64,000 nucleotides of DNA from Promethearchaeota archaeon Loki_b32 (GCA_005223125.1 NJBH01000001.1:1-64000); one strand, 5' to 3'; positions 52,759-62,909 are shown, numbered from the stretch's first letter. Numbers and translations are program-made. The notes: generated by a model not told the origin, from the letters alone.

Positions 52759-53211
52759 TCACCCATATCGTTTCGTGTAGTCAATAACTATGCGATTATA
52801 ATCTTCGGACATCAAGTGAGAAGAAACCATAAAGTCCGCAGAAGTTCTATTACATGCAATCGGTATGTTCCAAACGACCGCAATCCGTAAAAGCGCTTTT
52901 ACATCAGGATCATGGGGATGGGATTCAAGGGGATCCCAAAAGAAAATGAGAAAATCAATTTCTCCCTCAGTAATCATAGCACCGATCTGTTGATCACCCC
53001 CTAATGGACCACTCTTAAAGGTTTTAACTTTAAGTTTTGTTTCACGTGCTATTAGTGATCCAGTTGTCCCTGTTCCAAATAGATTGTGTTGACTTAATGT
53101 TCCTTTGTTATAATCTGCCCATTCTATGAGATCTTGCTTTCTTTCATCATGGGCAATCAAGGCGATATTTTTTTTCTTTTTCATATTTATATTTATATTT
53201 ATATTTGACAT
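52759..53211 (-). CDS. mgsA: Methylglyoxal synthase
   Basis: IALIAHD, TGTTG, SGPLGGDQQIG, DPL..HPHDPDVKALLR. Confidence 0.95.
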   Translation of the reverse strand: MSNINININMKKKKNIALIAHDERKQDLIEWADYNKGTLSQHNLFGTGTTGSLIARETKLKVKTFKSGPLGGDQQIGAMITEGEIDFLIFFWDPLESHPHDPDVKALLRIAVVWNIPIACNRTSADFMVSSHLMSEDYNRIVIDYTKRYG

Positions 53212-53399
53212 ATAACATCTATTTTTTAACCTATGTTATTTCCTAAAAGAAGATTTATTATATAAGATAGTCATATTTTCACAAAAATATAGCTTGAAGA
53301 TTCCAAACTTGTTCCTAGATGGTTGTCTAGAAAAATTAAAGCGAAATTAAAAGCCCTGAATTTATGGAAATAAACCATTCTTTTTTCATTTAGCTTTTC

Positions 53400-54578
53400 T
53401 TAAAAAAAGTAATATATTTTTCCGTCAAAGTCCTCTGAAAGAAGTATTTCGGCATTTGCAAGGATTTGCAACATTTTCTCAAGTAAATCCTCCGTAATTC
53501 TATCTTGTTGATTAAATAAACGATTTTTAATAGCTTTGGCAGTATACTTTTCATTATTTTCTTTTAAGAATTGAATTAAGCGGGAATCAATATCATATTT
53601 ATTGATGAGATATAAGCTCATTCCTTCCCTTTCAAGCAATTCTCGTATCCAATCATATTTTCCTTTTTGGTCTGTTTGCTTTATGTAATAGAAAGTTTCT
53701 GCTAACCGTTCTTTTCTAAGCTCCTTATATATGATTTTACCCGAATAATAAATTGAGACATAAAATTCTGGGAGGTATTTGGTACAAAACAAAAAAATAC
53801 AAACATGGGTAAAAATAGTTATAGATAACATGCCCAAAGAATCGTGAACTACGCTCCAAGCAAATCCACGAGAATATAAATAGAATTGTATGACTGCGCG
53901 AAATATATTATAAAAATAGATTAAAAATATAGAAAAAATGATAGCTTTTGTTTTTCTCCATATAATATCTTCTTTAGTTTTTTGATTTTTGGAGTGTGGC
54001 GTAAAAATAATTACAGCAATAAAAATACTCATTGCTATTAATCCAGTGCATCCATTGTTTATATACACTCTAACATTCTCTGAAATACCCACAAACCATG
54101 TATTGTACATATACGATGTTTGTGCTCCTAAACTAAAAATAAGATTCAAGAAAAAAACCTGGTGTTTAGCAAATAGTTCATGCAACCATATAATTTCTAT
54201 CTTCTTTAAAAATTGATTCATGGAAAGTGCGATTATTATTATAGCTACAGGAAATAAAATTAGAGCTCTTGTTGAGAAACTGTATTTTTTTCCCCTAAAT
54301 TGAATAACTGGGGGCTTATTTTTTTTATCTCTAGTTTTATGTGTTTCATTTAGCTTTGCCCCTTCTTTCAGTGTATGTCTTAAATAATTATAAATCCGAT
54401 CTAAGTATACATAATTTAATATCAAAAGTAATGGAATAATTACACTTCCAAGATAAATCCACTTTTCCGACTCCATCAAAGAAATAGCAAGCCCAATATT
54501 AAATGCGAATAATAGGTTCATAGAAAATAAAACCCAGATTACAATTATTATTAGTCTTTTTTTGATTATGTGGCGCAT
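53400..54578 (-). CDS. Archaeosortase/exosortase-family protein with C-terminal winged-helix-like domain
   Basis: VYINNGCTG (Cys), NIFR (Arg), VVHD (His) in TM context; soluble C-terminal helix-helix-hairpin region. Confidence 0.8.
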   Translation of the reverse strand: MRHIIKKRLIIIVIWVLFSMNLLFAFNIGLAISLMESEKWIYLGSVIIPLLLILNYVYLDRIYNYLRHTLKEGAKLNETHKTRDKKNKPPVIQFRGKKYSFSTRALILFPVAIIIIALSMNQFLKKIEIIWLHELFAKHQVFFLNLIFSLGAQTSYMYNTWFVGISENVRVYINNGCTGLIAMSIFIAVIIFTPHSKNQKTKEDIIWRKTKAIIFSIFLIYFYNIFRAVIQFYLYSRGFAWSVVHDSLGMLSITIFTHVCIFLFCTKYLPEFYVSIYYSGKIIYKELRKERLAETFYYIKQTDQKGKYDWIRELLEREGMSLYLINKYDIDSRLIQFLKENNEKYTAKAIKNRLFNQQDRITEDLLEKMLQILANAEILLSEDFDGKIYYFF

Positions 54579-54760
54579 TGTATTTCTAATTAGAATAACA
54601 TAAGAAATTATTTAAATTTCGGTTAAAGTTAACAAATTAAATCTTACTTCTAATCTAACCGAGCCTGGAATAATGCAAGCGCTAAATTTAGATTTCACGT
54701 TTATTATGGATTGAATTTAAATCTGATATAAATGTAATTAATATATCAGATAACAAGTAT

Positions 54761-55597
54761 GTGATGAAAAGCATGCCTTTTTTTACTTCTAATGATGTTG
54801 ATATTAATTATATAGATGTGGGTAGCGGAGAACCATTGATTTTTGTATGTGGGACGTTTACAAAATTCCAATCGTGGAATTATCAAATCAACTATTTTAA
54901 AGAAAAAATGAGGGTAATCACATTTGATAATAGGGGGACTGGGAGGAGCTCTCGCCCAGATTATCCATACAGCATGGAAATGCTGGTAGAGGACCTTAAA
55001 AATTTGCTTGGCTATCTTGATATAAACGAGGGAGTCCATCTTTGTGGTTCAAGTATGGGAGCAATGATCTCTCAGACGTTTGCCTTAAAATATCCTCACA
55101 TTGTAAAGACTCTGATTCTTTGCGGTTCCACTGCTTACTATTCCTCAAAAACATGTGATCAAAATGTTCTAGTGCTTGATTCTCTTAAGGAGTTAGAATT
55201 GAATGAAAGGGTGGAATATTTCTTTCCCCTTATGTATTCTAGAGCTTTTAAAAAAAGATTAGGCGAAGATAAAGATTTATATAATAAGATTAGCATGGAT
55301 ATGAACTTTTGTGCTCAAATCATAGATCCTCCAGAATATAAGGATTATATCAATCAAAACGAAGTATTAAGGGATTTTGATATGCGAGATTCGATAAAAG
55401 ACATTACTCAGCCGACTTTAATTCTTTCAGGAGCAAAAGATAGAATGGCAATTCCAGGAGAACTAGATACTATGCATGAGCAAATTCCCAATTCAGTATT
55501 AGAGACTATTCCCGGAATGGGTCATGCTTTTAATATAGAAGCTCCAGAAGAAACAAATAATACTATTTGGAATTTTCTCCAGAAACATATATCCTAA
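54761..55597 (+). CDS. Alpha/beta hydrolase
   Basis: DNRGTGRS, GSSMG, GAKD, GH. Confidence 0.9.
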   Translation: MMKSMPFFTSNDVDINYIDVGSGEPLIFVCGTFTKFQSWNYQINYFKEKMRVITFDNRGTGRSSRPDYPYSMEMLVEDLKNLLGYLDINEGVHLCGSSMGAMISQTFALKYPHIVKTLILCGSTAYYSSKTCDQNVLVLDSLKELELNERVEYFFPLMYSRAFKKRLGEDKDLYNKISMDMNFCAQIIDPPEYKDYINQNEVLRDFDMRDSIKDITQPTLILSGAKDRMAIPGELDTMHEQIPNSVLETIPGMGHAFNIEAPEETNNTIWNFLQKHIS

Positions 55598-55654
55598 GAA
55601 TTCGGATATCTTTGGAGATTTCATTAAATTAAACTAAAGAGAGGGTATAAGAAA

Positions 55655-56098
55655 ATGACAAAAAATGTATACATATTATATTATTCAAAAACAGGCAACA
55701 CAAGAAAAATGGCAGAGCAAATTTTAGAGACTTTTTCCAAATTAGAATCTGATAGTGTGGATATGAAACTTATGGATGCTAAGGAACTAGATCTTGCAGC
55801 TCTAAAATCTGCAGATGGTTATATTATTGGAACACCAAATTATTTTAGTGCCCCGTCGGGTTATATAAAGATATTCTTTGATGAATTATTTATGGATAGA
55901 GCAATTTTAAAAGGACGACCAGTATTTTGTTTTGTTTCTCATGGTGGTAGTGGAGATATTAAACACCTAAAAGTAATGTGCGATTGGTTAGAATTAAAAA
56001 TTGTTGGTCCGGCAATTGTTGTGAAAGGAAATAACATATCATCAAAGGATATAACATCAATTGAAACAAATATTCAAGAAATGATGAAATTACTCTAA
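55655..56098 (+). CDS. Flavodoxin-like protein
   Basis: YYSKTGNTRKMA, IGTPNY. Confidence 0.9.
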   Translation: MTKNVYILYYSKTGNTRKMAEQILETFSKLESDSVDMKLMDAKELDLAALKSADGYIIGTPNYFSAPSGYIKIFFDELFMDRAILKGRPVFCFVSHGGSGDIKHLKVMCDWLELKIVGPAIVVKGNNISSKDITSIETNIQEMMKLL

Positions 56099-56288
56099 CT
56101 CTTTTTTATTTTTTTAATATTTCTTTTCTATTAATAAACAAAAATACAAGAGCAGATTTCATAGCTACATTAGAAAAACAGGTTTTGAATTCTTACATCT
56201 GATATAATTAAACTATCTGGATTAGCTTCAAATAGATCCTTTAGATTTTCTAAAACTGTGTCGTCTATCTTTTCACTCAACAGATAAT

Positions 56289-57059
56289 TCAACAAGGATA
56301 TTCATGGATGTTTCTTTCTTTAAATTCTGGTAGGTCATCTGGCGGCCAACTTCTGGGAGTTTTATAATTTTTTATGAACCGATGGTCGCACATGGGAGCT
56401 CCAAATCCAAGAGTTTGAGTACGAGAGAATCCAAATCCTAAAATATTTGCTTCAGAGAAGTCAGCTAAACAAAATAAGTGGACAAATTTTTCAGCATCTA
56501 ATCTCTTAAGAGCTTTATGTAATCCACACTCATAAAAATCAAAGCCCCACTCGAAAGTTTTGCCGTCACCTTCAACATAATCCGCAACCCAATCATCTGG
56601 ATATTTCCTTAATTTTGAAGCTTCGCATAGTTTTTTCACATAATCAACGTAGGCGGTCTCAAATGGATATTGAGCTGGATCTTTACCAATTTTTTCCAAA
56701 TTTTTTTTTCTGATTGTATTATGTATATCACGGAACTCATAATAAAATTCCCCTATCTCTCGAAGTGTGAATCCTTCTTTTTCTAGGACTCGAAACATTG
56801 CGAGACTAGACATTCCTCCAACAAGGAGAGTGGTGTAGGAATTTTTATTTCCGCCAATATAAGGTATTTCAGGAATTATTTTCTCATATTCTGCTTTCAT
56901 TTGGGTAAAGATTTCGGAGAGTTTAGCCTCGTTGAACTTACTTTTAAACACATCCCTCGCAACTTCAAGCGCCTTAGAAAAATTTTTCATGAGTTTTGGT
57001 TTTCGTTTAATATAATAATCTTTTATAACCTTTCCAGCCATTTTTAGATTTATCACCAA
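56289..57059 (-). CDS. ATC-hydrolase-family (L-2-aminothiazoline-4-carboxylate hydrolase-like) protein
   Basis: IPYIGG, DFYECG, FCLADF, RTQTLGFGAPMCD. Confidence 0.75.
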   Translation of the reverse strand: MVINLKMAGKVIKDYYIKRKPKLMKNFSKALEVARDVFKSKFNEAKLSEIFTQMKAEYEKIIPEIPYIGGNKNSYTTLLVGGMSSLAMFRVLEKEGFTLREIGEFYYEFRDIHNTIRKKNLEKIGKDPAQYPFETAYVDYVKKLCEASKLRKYPDDWVADYVEGDGKTFEWGFDFYECGLHKALKRLDAEKFVHLFCLADFSEANILGFGFSRTQTLGFGAPMCDHRFIKNYKTPRSWPPDDLPEFKERNIHEYPC

Positions 57060-57200
57060 TTTTTGGTTACATATTGGATTAAGACTACATCAAAATAAAC
57101 TTTTCTTTCTCTAAGAATTCGATTATATCTTGAGTAAAATAAAAATATTATATAATAGGAGTTTAATGATATTTATCGATATTTGATTAAAGAATTACAT

Positions 57201-57464
57201 TATTTCTACTAGTTATTTTATTATCTTAATCAAGTTAGAATGGAAGGAACGTTTAGTTCAGGTACAAAATATCTTGCTTCACACTTGGCTCATAAAATTC
57301 CTTATGAAACTCAACAATTGTGTGGAGGGATTGCGTTTACTGATAATCTACGGATTGATAAAGCATTAGAGGCTGCAAAGGTTAAGGAAATAATAGGTGG
57401 TGCCCGAAATATTCAGCTTTATTTGGTTAGTAGAGCTATAAAAGATATGATTTTTCTTTTTTAA
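57201..57464 (+). pseudogene. Internally deleted copy of the acyl-CoA dehydrogenase gene
   Basis: 57201-57247 matches upstream region 61590-61636 (42/47); 57252-57464 matches 62697-62909. Confidence 0.9.
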
Positions 57465-57515
57465 TTGAAATAAAAGGTATAATAAAAATATAAAAAATCT
57501 ATTATGATAAAATTT

Positions 57516-57915
57516 TTATTTATTTTGAAGGCTTTCAATAACCTTTTCGTATTTTTCATGAATTAGGGTTTTGTCAAAATCTCAGGATTCTTGGAGCATT
57601 TTATCCTGTTCTTTTTCAGTAAAGTACTTCATTACAGGGATAAAAAAATGCTTATCTTCTTTTTCAATATGTTTTGGGTAAAATTCAACTAAATCACCCA
57701 ACAAATTTACAATTTCATCTTGTATTTTGACTTATTGTGATTAGGAGAGAGTGATTTCTTTTCTAGATCTCTAAAAAGAATGTCTTCTTCTTTGCCATGA
57801 TGAGTTCTATCAGCGTACATCCTGATGAAATCAACAGCAATATCAATAAAAAGAGGATTCGTTTTATTGTATTTTTTCATTTTTTCAATTTCTTTTTTAA
57901 TACTAGCATACGATT
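57516..57915 (-). pseudogene. Hemerythrin (HHE) domain pseudogene
   Basis: DFIRMYADRTHHGKEEDILF, frameshift/deletion, FYPKHIEKEDKHFF, internal TGA. Confidence 0.85.
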
Positions 57916-58092
57916 GTTGCATACAGTATCATACCATTTCTTATCTTTACGAAGTTCCTTAATAATATTCATGCACATAAATTCCTTGTAATCACTGTAT
58001 TTCTCTGGTAATTCGATCTCCAATAATGGCATTCTTTTTACAACCTTTCTTTTTGGTTTATCATTTTCACATACGCGACATTTTGCTTTCAT
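57877..58092 (-). CDS. Small CxxC hypothetical protein running into the hemerythrin remnant
   Basis: AAGGTG RBS, MKAKCRVCE. Confidence 0.45.
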   Translation of the reverse strand: MKAKCRVCENDKPKRKVVKRMPLLEIELPEKYSDYKEFMCMNIIKELRKDKKWYDTVCNNRMLVLKKKLKK

Positions 58093-58589
58093 TTTTTCAC
58101 CTTTTTTTAAAATATTCTAACGTCCATTCTGTATTAGGACACGCTTATCTTAACACGAATTTTAAATTTTTAATAAATATTTTACAGTAATTAAAAAAAA
58201 TGGTAAATAAGAACATTTAAACTTTTTAGTTTAAAATAATTGTTAGTTAAAATCTCTTATATCTATCAAGATTTTAATTTCATTAATTAATATATTTAGA
58301 AATATTCGCAAAAATAAGTAAAAATTTTTGCCTAAGAAAGTATAATAAACATAATATAACACATAGAAAAAAAGCCCTATCTCCCTAAAATTTTAAACCC
58401 TTTCACTTTTTTCTCTTAAAATACCTCAATTTAACCCTATTACACTAAGAATAACCAAGATATTTTCTAACAGAATTTTGAAGTGTATTTTTCATAATAC
58501 CAAGGTTTATTAAATTTAAAAATTTATCTTACATACTTGAACTGAGATATTTCAAAGTTCCAAGTATAAAATTAAAATTTGGTGAAAGT

Positions 58590-58730
58590 ATGTCTAATAG
58601 AAATTATGGCAATAGAACGATGCACAAAGCCACATGTGCCGACTGCGGGAACGAGTGCGAAGTTCCATTTAAGCCTAAGGAAGACAGACCTGTTTATTGT
58701 CGAGAGTGTTATAGAAAGCGTAGAAGATAA
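58590..58730 (+). CDS. CxxC-x17-CxxC small zinc-finger protein (46 aa); absent from ORF track
   Basis: MSNRNYGNRTMHKATCADCGNECEVPFKPKEDRPVYCRECYRKRRR*; GGTG RBS. Confidence 0.9.
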   Translation: MSNRNYGNRTMHKATCADCGNECEVPFKPKEDRPVYCRECYRKRRR

Positions 58731-58837
58731 TTAATTCTATTTTTTCTAAGTTTTGGATACAACCAAAAACTTATTTTCTAACTTATCGAGTAATGATTTA
58801 TTTTTTTTTTATTTTTTTTAGCCCTAGGGCTATAAGA

Positions 58838-59068
58838 ATGAACCTACACAAAATAATTAAAGAACCTGCTTATGTGAATGGAACTATCGCATATGCTGCA
58901 GATTATCTAAAGGGTTTAATTGTTGTTGATGTTAGTGATCTATCTAATCCTACAAAGATTGCTCAATATTTCGACGGAGGGCATGTTTATGATGTAGAGG
59001 TTATTAATAAGATTGCTTATGTCGCTGATCGGGATGATGGTTTGGAGATCATTGAAATTTTGATATAA
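58838..59068 (+). pseudogene. LVIVD-repeat protein 3' remnant
   Basis: AYAADYLKGLIVVDVSD..P..AYVADRDDGLEII; only about two repeats. Confidence 0.65.
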
Positions 59069-59283
59069 AAATCGCATATTAGTTCTTAATTAAAGTATTA
59101 GAAGATGCTGAAGTTCAGGAAATAATATATGATGCTCGAACAAAATTTAAATTATAATAATTCCAAAGATTGATCCATACAAAAATGTCTTGTGGAATAG
59201 ATAAAATTTTATTTGGTATATTTGTGGATTAGAAATCGCATATTTCGAAGATGATATTATTTATAAAAGATGTTGATAAACGT

Positions 59284-59748
59284 CTAATCCAAGTCAATAA
59301 AGTCTTCCAAGAAAAATAAATCAATTTCAAAAGCATTAATTATTAATGGGTTTTTTAATTCTCCTTCTTTTTTAGCAAATAATGCAGGAATTTTATTTTT
59401 TGTTGCTAATGCGATTGTAGCACAATCGGGAAGTGATATTGGATTATTACATTTTAATATACTGATATCTCTAAGGAAATTTTCTAATGAATGTATGTTA
59501 AAAAAAATTGAATCAATGAGATTATCAACCTTTTCAAAAGCTCGTTGCCTTCCAATTTTTCTACATAGTATGTATTCAGTCTCTATAATTGCTAGACTCG
59601 TTGTCATTGGTGTAATTTCATTATTTAAAATATTTTTAAAAAGATCAGACTCATCCCCAGATAAAAGAAGTTCAATAACGGCACCCCCATCAAAAACAAC
59701 TTCTTTAAAAGGATACTTCATCTTTTCTCCTCTCTTGGTACAACTCAC
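59284..59748 (-). CDS. vapC: PIN-domain VapC toxin
   Basis: VVFDGG, IETEY, ISLPDC; start likely MKYPF. Confidence 0.8.
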   Translation of the reverse strand: MSCTKRGEKMKYPFKEVVFDGGAVIELLLSGDESDLFKNILNNEITPMTTSLAIIETEYILCRKIGRQRAFEKVDNLIDSIFFNIHSLENFLRDISILKCNNPISLPDCATIALATKNKIPALFAKKEGELKNPLIINAFEIDLFFLEDFIDLD

Positions 59749-59950
59749 TTAATACTTCATCAACATCTACATCTTCAATTTTTTTACAAGAATCTCGAAA
59801 TTTTTCTTTGTCTTTCTTCTTCTGGTAATTTTCTATCAAGAATTTTATTGTAGTATCATAATTTATTTTTTTTCTTCTTTTCATTTGCAATTGAGCTGCA
59901 ATCTTTAGAAGATCTTCCTTAGTTTCATCATTTATGGTAATTGTAGTAAT
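59705..59950 (-). CDS. VapB-type antitoxin; probable ATT start
   Basis: (M)TTITINDETKEDLLKIAAQLQ...NYDTTIKFLI; GAGGTG RBS, in-frame TAA immediately before ATT. Confidence 0.8.
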   Translation of the reverse strand: MTTITINDETKEDLLKIAAQLQMKRRKKINYDTTIKFLIENYQKKKDKEKFRDSCKKIEDVDVDEVLSELYQERRKDEVSF

Positions 59951-60310
59951 TTAATTCACCTCATAGTTTTAACATTATTCATAGAATATATAGAAATAAT
60001 AGTATTTATTTTTTCTTATAAAAATCGCTGAACGGCTTTCTATAATTTATTAGTATAATATCAGCAAATCTATGTTTCAATGATTTTGTAAAAATCTACC
60101 AAAGGCTTCATATATATTGGATGAGATTAATTTTGATTTATATGTCATTTCTCAAAAAATTTATTGAACTCGTTCCTACATAATTTAAACCTTCAATAAT
60201 CCATTCAAATATCATTATAATTTGTTTAGAAGAAGAATTATAATGCCAGTGAGGTTAAAAATAACTTCTATTTAATAAAAAAGATTTTAAAAAAAAAAAT
60301 GTTAAATACT

Positions 60311-60691
60311 ATGGTGGAAGAAAAAAATATCACAGAGAAATTAGAAACCGTTTTAAAAAGATTATTAGCAAGTAATCGAGACATTACAATTGTTATAGTC
60401 ACTACAATGGAGGGGCTTCCAATTCTTTCAATATTACCCCGAGGATATGATGAAACTAGAATTTCTGCTATGGTTGCTACATTACTCTCTTTATCCGAAA
60501 GAACTGTCGTAGATATGGAAATAGGGGTATTTAAACAGATATTTATCAAAGGAGTTGATGGTTATTTATTAATTTTTGATGCTGAACCGGCGGTATTGGC
60601 AGTCTCAACTACAGAAAAAGCGAAATTGGGGCTAGTTTTCCTTGAATGTGAGCGTGCTTCGCATAAAATATCAAAAATTTTAAAAAAATAG
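60311..60691 (+). CDS. Roadblock/LC7 domain protein
   Basis: VTTMEGLPI, RISAMVATLLSLSER, QIFIKGVDGY, LGLVF. Confidence 0.9.
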   Translation: MVEEKNITEKLETVLKRLLASNRDITIVIVTTMEGLPILSILPRGYDETRISAMVATLLSLSERTVVDMEIGVFKQIFIKGVDGYLLIFDAEPAVLAVSTTEKAKLGLVFLECERASHKISKILKK

Positions 60692-60782
60692 AAATAAAGA
60701 ATGGTTACATTAGCTTTACTAATTAATTTAGCTATAGTTGCTTGGCTTAAATTAAGAAATTTTAGTTATGAAAATCATGATA

Positions 60783-61199
60783 TTAAGATGATTCAAAAAA
60801 TTGGATTTCTTTTGTTCTTTCAATAATTTCATTATCGAAAGTGGCTAATGGGAAATTTAATTCAAATGCTAATTGAACTATGATTGCATCCATTCCCTTT
60901 AATTTAAAATTGAGTCCATGATTTTGTGCTTTAAGCATTCTCTTTTCATTCAGTTCGTAAATCTTAATTTTTTTTTCTTTAACCCAATTTTGGATTATTT
61001 CTTCACTTTCCTTTGCTTCTTCTATTCCCACTCTCCTTGCAATGGCACAACATATTTCAATAGGGTTTATCATAGATACATGAAAATTTAATTCACCATT
61101 TTCCATTCTTTCAATAATACTAATGCTCTTCTGGTGAAATTTATCATTTTTTATTAAAGATGCAATAAAAACATTAGAATCTACGATTATATCTTTCAT
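60783..61199 (-). CDS. vapC: PIN-domain VapC toxin
   Basis: IVDSNVF, LKGMDA, LATFD. Confidence 0.9.
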   Translation of the reverse strand: MKDIIVDSNVFIASLIKNDKFHQKSISIIERMENGELNFHVSMINPIEICCAIARRVGIEEAKESEEIIQNWVKEKKIKIYELNEKRMLKAQNHGLNFKLKGMDAIIVQLAFELNFPLATFDNEIIERTKEIQFFESS

Positions 61200-61432
61200 T
61201 TTGTTCTATCCTCTTGAATCGCTTGTACAGAAGAAATTTCTGAAGGCCATTTCTTACTTACTTTCTCTTTAAGTCTCTTCCATTTTTTAAATGAAGATTC
61301 TATAGGTTTTATTAATATACCATCTTCAACTTCGATTTCCTCGATAAGTGAACCTGGTTCTATGCCAAATTTCTCTCTTATTTTTTTTATCAAGGTAACT
61401 TGTCCTTTAGGTCCAACTTTTAATTTGGTCAT
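61196..61432 (-). CDS. AbrB/MazE-family antitoxin
   Basis: VGPKGQVTL..IREKFGIEPG; ATGA overlap with toxin. Confidence 0.9.
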   Translation of the reverse strand: MTKLKVGPKGQVTLIKKIREKFGIEPGSLIEEIEVEDGILIKPIESSFKKWKRLKEKVSKKWPSEISSVQAIQEDRTK

Positions 61433-61646
61433 ACTAGAAAAATAGTAATACCTCTATTTATGTCTTACTTCTTTAAATATGTAAAAACTGTGGTTATTGG
61501 AATTCAAACCTATATTAATAACTATAGTTTATTAAATCAAAATTATTTATCTATACCAATTTTCCATATTTTTTTAAATTGAAGTACGTTATTTCCACTA
61601 ATTATTATATTATCTTAATCATGTTATAATGGAAGGTGATAATTGA

Positions 61647-62909
61647 ATGAAAATGATTACTGGTGTAGATATTTTAGATGAAGAGATAAAAGAAAAATTA
61701 AGAACAGAAAATATTTATAAAATATTTAATAATTTTATAATTCCACTTATAACAGAGGAAGAACGGGAATTTTTGGAGGAATTGGAGCGATTTTTACTCA
61801 AGGAAATTGAACCTAAAATGAATTTAAGTGAGGAAGTGTACGAACTTTTTCCAATCCTAGGCAAGAAAAACTACATCCAGAGATTAAATCCTTATGGAGA
61901 TTCTGAAAGGTATAACATGCGCTATGAAATGCTTTTAGCAATGGCGACATCGATTATTGATCCCGAGTTAGATTTGTCAAGAGTGGTCACTGGGGTAATA
62001 TTTGCCAATCCATTGTTTCAATTTGGCAGGGGAGATAGAATATCTGAGATTTTGAATGACATTATCACGGGCAAAAAGATTGGGTGTATTTGTATCACTG
62101 AAAGAAAGCACGGATCTGATGCTGTTAATATGGAAACTATGGTTAGTGATAAAGGAGATCATTTACTTTTCACTGGAGAAAAATTATATACGACTAATGG
62201 TCCAGTAGCAGATTATTTTATAGTATATGGAGTCTCAGATATCTCAGATCCACGAGGAACCATGTATCAAGCAATTGCGGAAAGAGGGTATGAAGGATTG
62301 ATAACAAATAGACTTGGCATTCAATCAGTTCCACGAGTACAAATTGGCCAAACTCTTTTTAATTCTGTGAAAATCCCAAGAGAAAATATCCTTGGAGACA
62401 AAGGGCAAGGGTATAAAAATTTATTTTCTGGGCTTGTAGCGGAAAGATGTTCGATCATTGGGTCTAGTTTAGGGATTGGGTGGTTAACTGCAATTACAGG
62501 TCTTATTTATACAAACTTAAGAATTCAATTTGGCCGACCTCTATATGATTTTCAAGGAGTTTCGCTTCCGCAAACCCAGAATTTTATTGAACTCATGGCA
62601 GCTACAGAACTTGGTTTTAAGTCAGCTTCAGAGTATAACAAGACAATTGAGCGAAAACATTTCGATCAACAGAAATTCATTAAATATAATGCAGCATTTA
62701 GTTCAGGTACAAAATATCTTGCGTCACACCTAGCCCATAAAATATCATATGAGACTCAACAATTATGTGGAGGTATTGCGTTTACAGATAACCTGCGAAT
62801 TGATAAAGCCTTAGAAGTCGCTAAAGTTCAGGAAATAATAGGAGGTGCTCGAAATATTCAGCTCTATTTAGTTAGTAGAGCTATTAAAGATATGATTTTT
62901 CTACTATAA
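61647..62909 (+). CDS. Acyl-CoA dehydrogenase family protein
   Basis: CITERKHGSD, GEKLYTTNG, RIQFGRPL..FQ, QLCGGIAF, EIIGG. Confidence 0.9.
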   Translation: MKMITGVDILDEEIKEKLRTENIYKIFNNFIIPLITEEEREFLEELERFLLKEIEPKMNLSEEVYELFPILGKKNYIQRLNPYGDSERYNMRYEMLLAMATSIIDPELDLSRVVTGVIFANPLFQFGRGDRISEILNDIITGKKIGCICITERKHGSDAVNMETMVSDKGDHLLFTGEKLYTTNGPVADYFIVYGVSDISDPRGTMYQAIAERGYEGLITNRLGIQSVPRVQIGQTLFNSVKIPRENILGDKGQGYKNLFSGLVAERCSIIGSSLGIGWLTAITGLIYTNLRIQFGRPLYDFQGVSLPQTQNFIELMAATELGFKSASEYNKTIERKHFDQQKFIKYNAAFSSGTKYLASHLAHKISYETQQLCGGIAFTDNLRIDKALEVAKVQEIIGGARNIQLYLVSRAIKDMIFLL

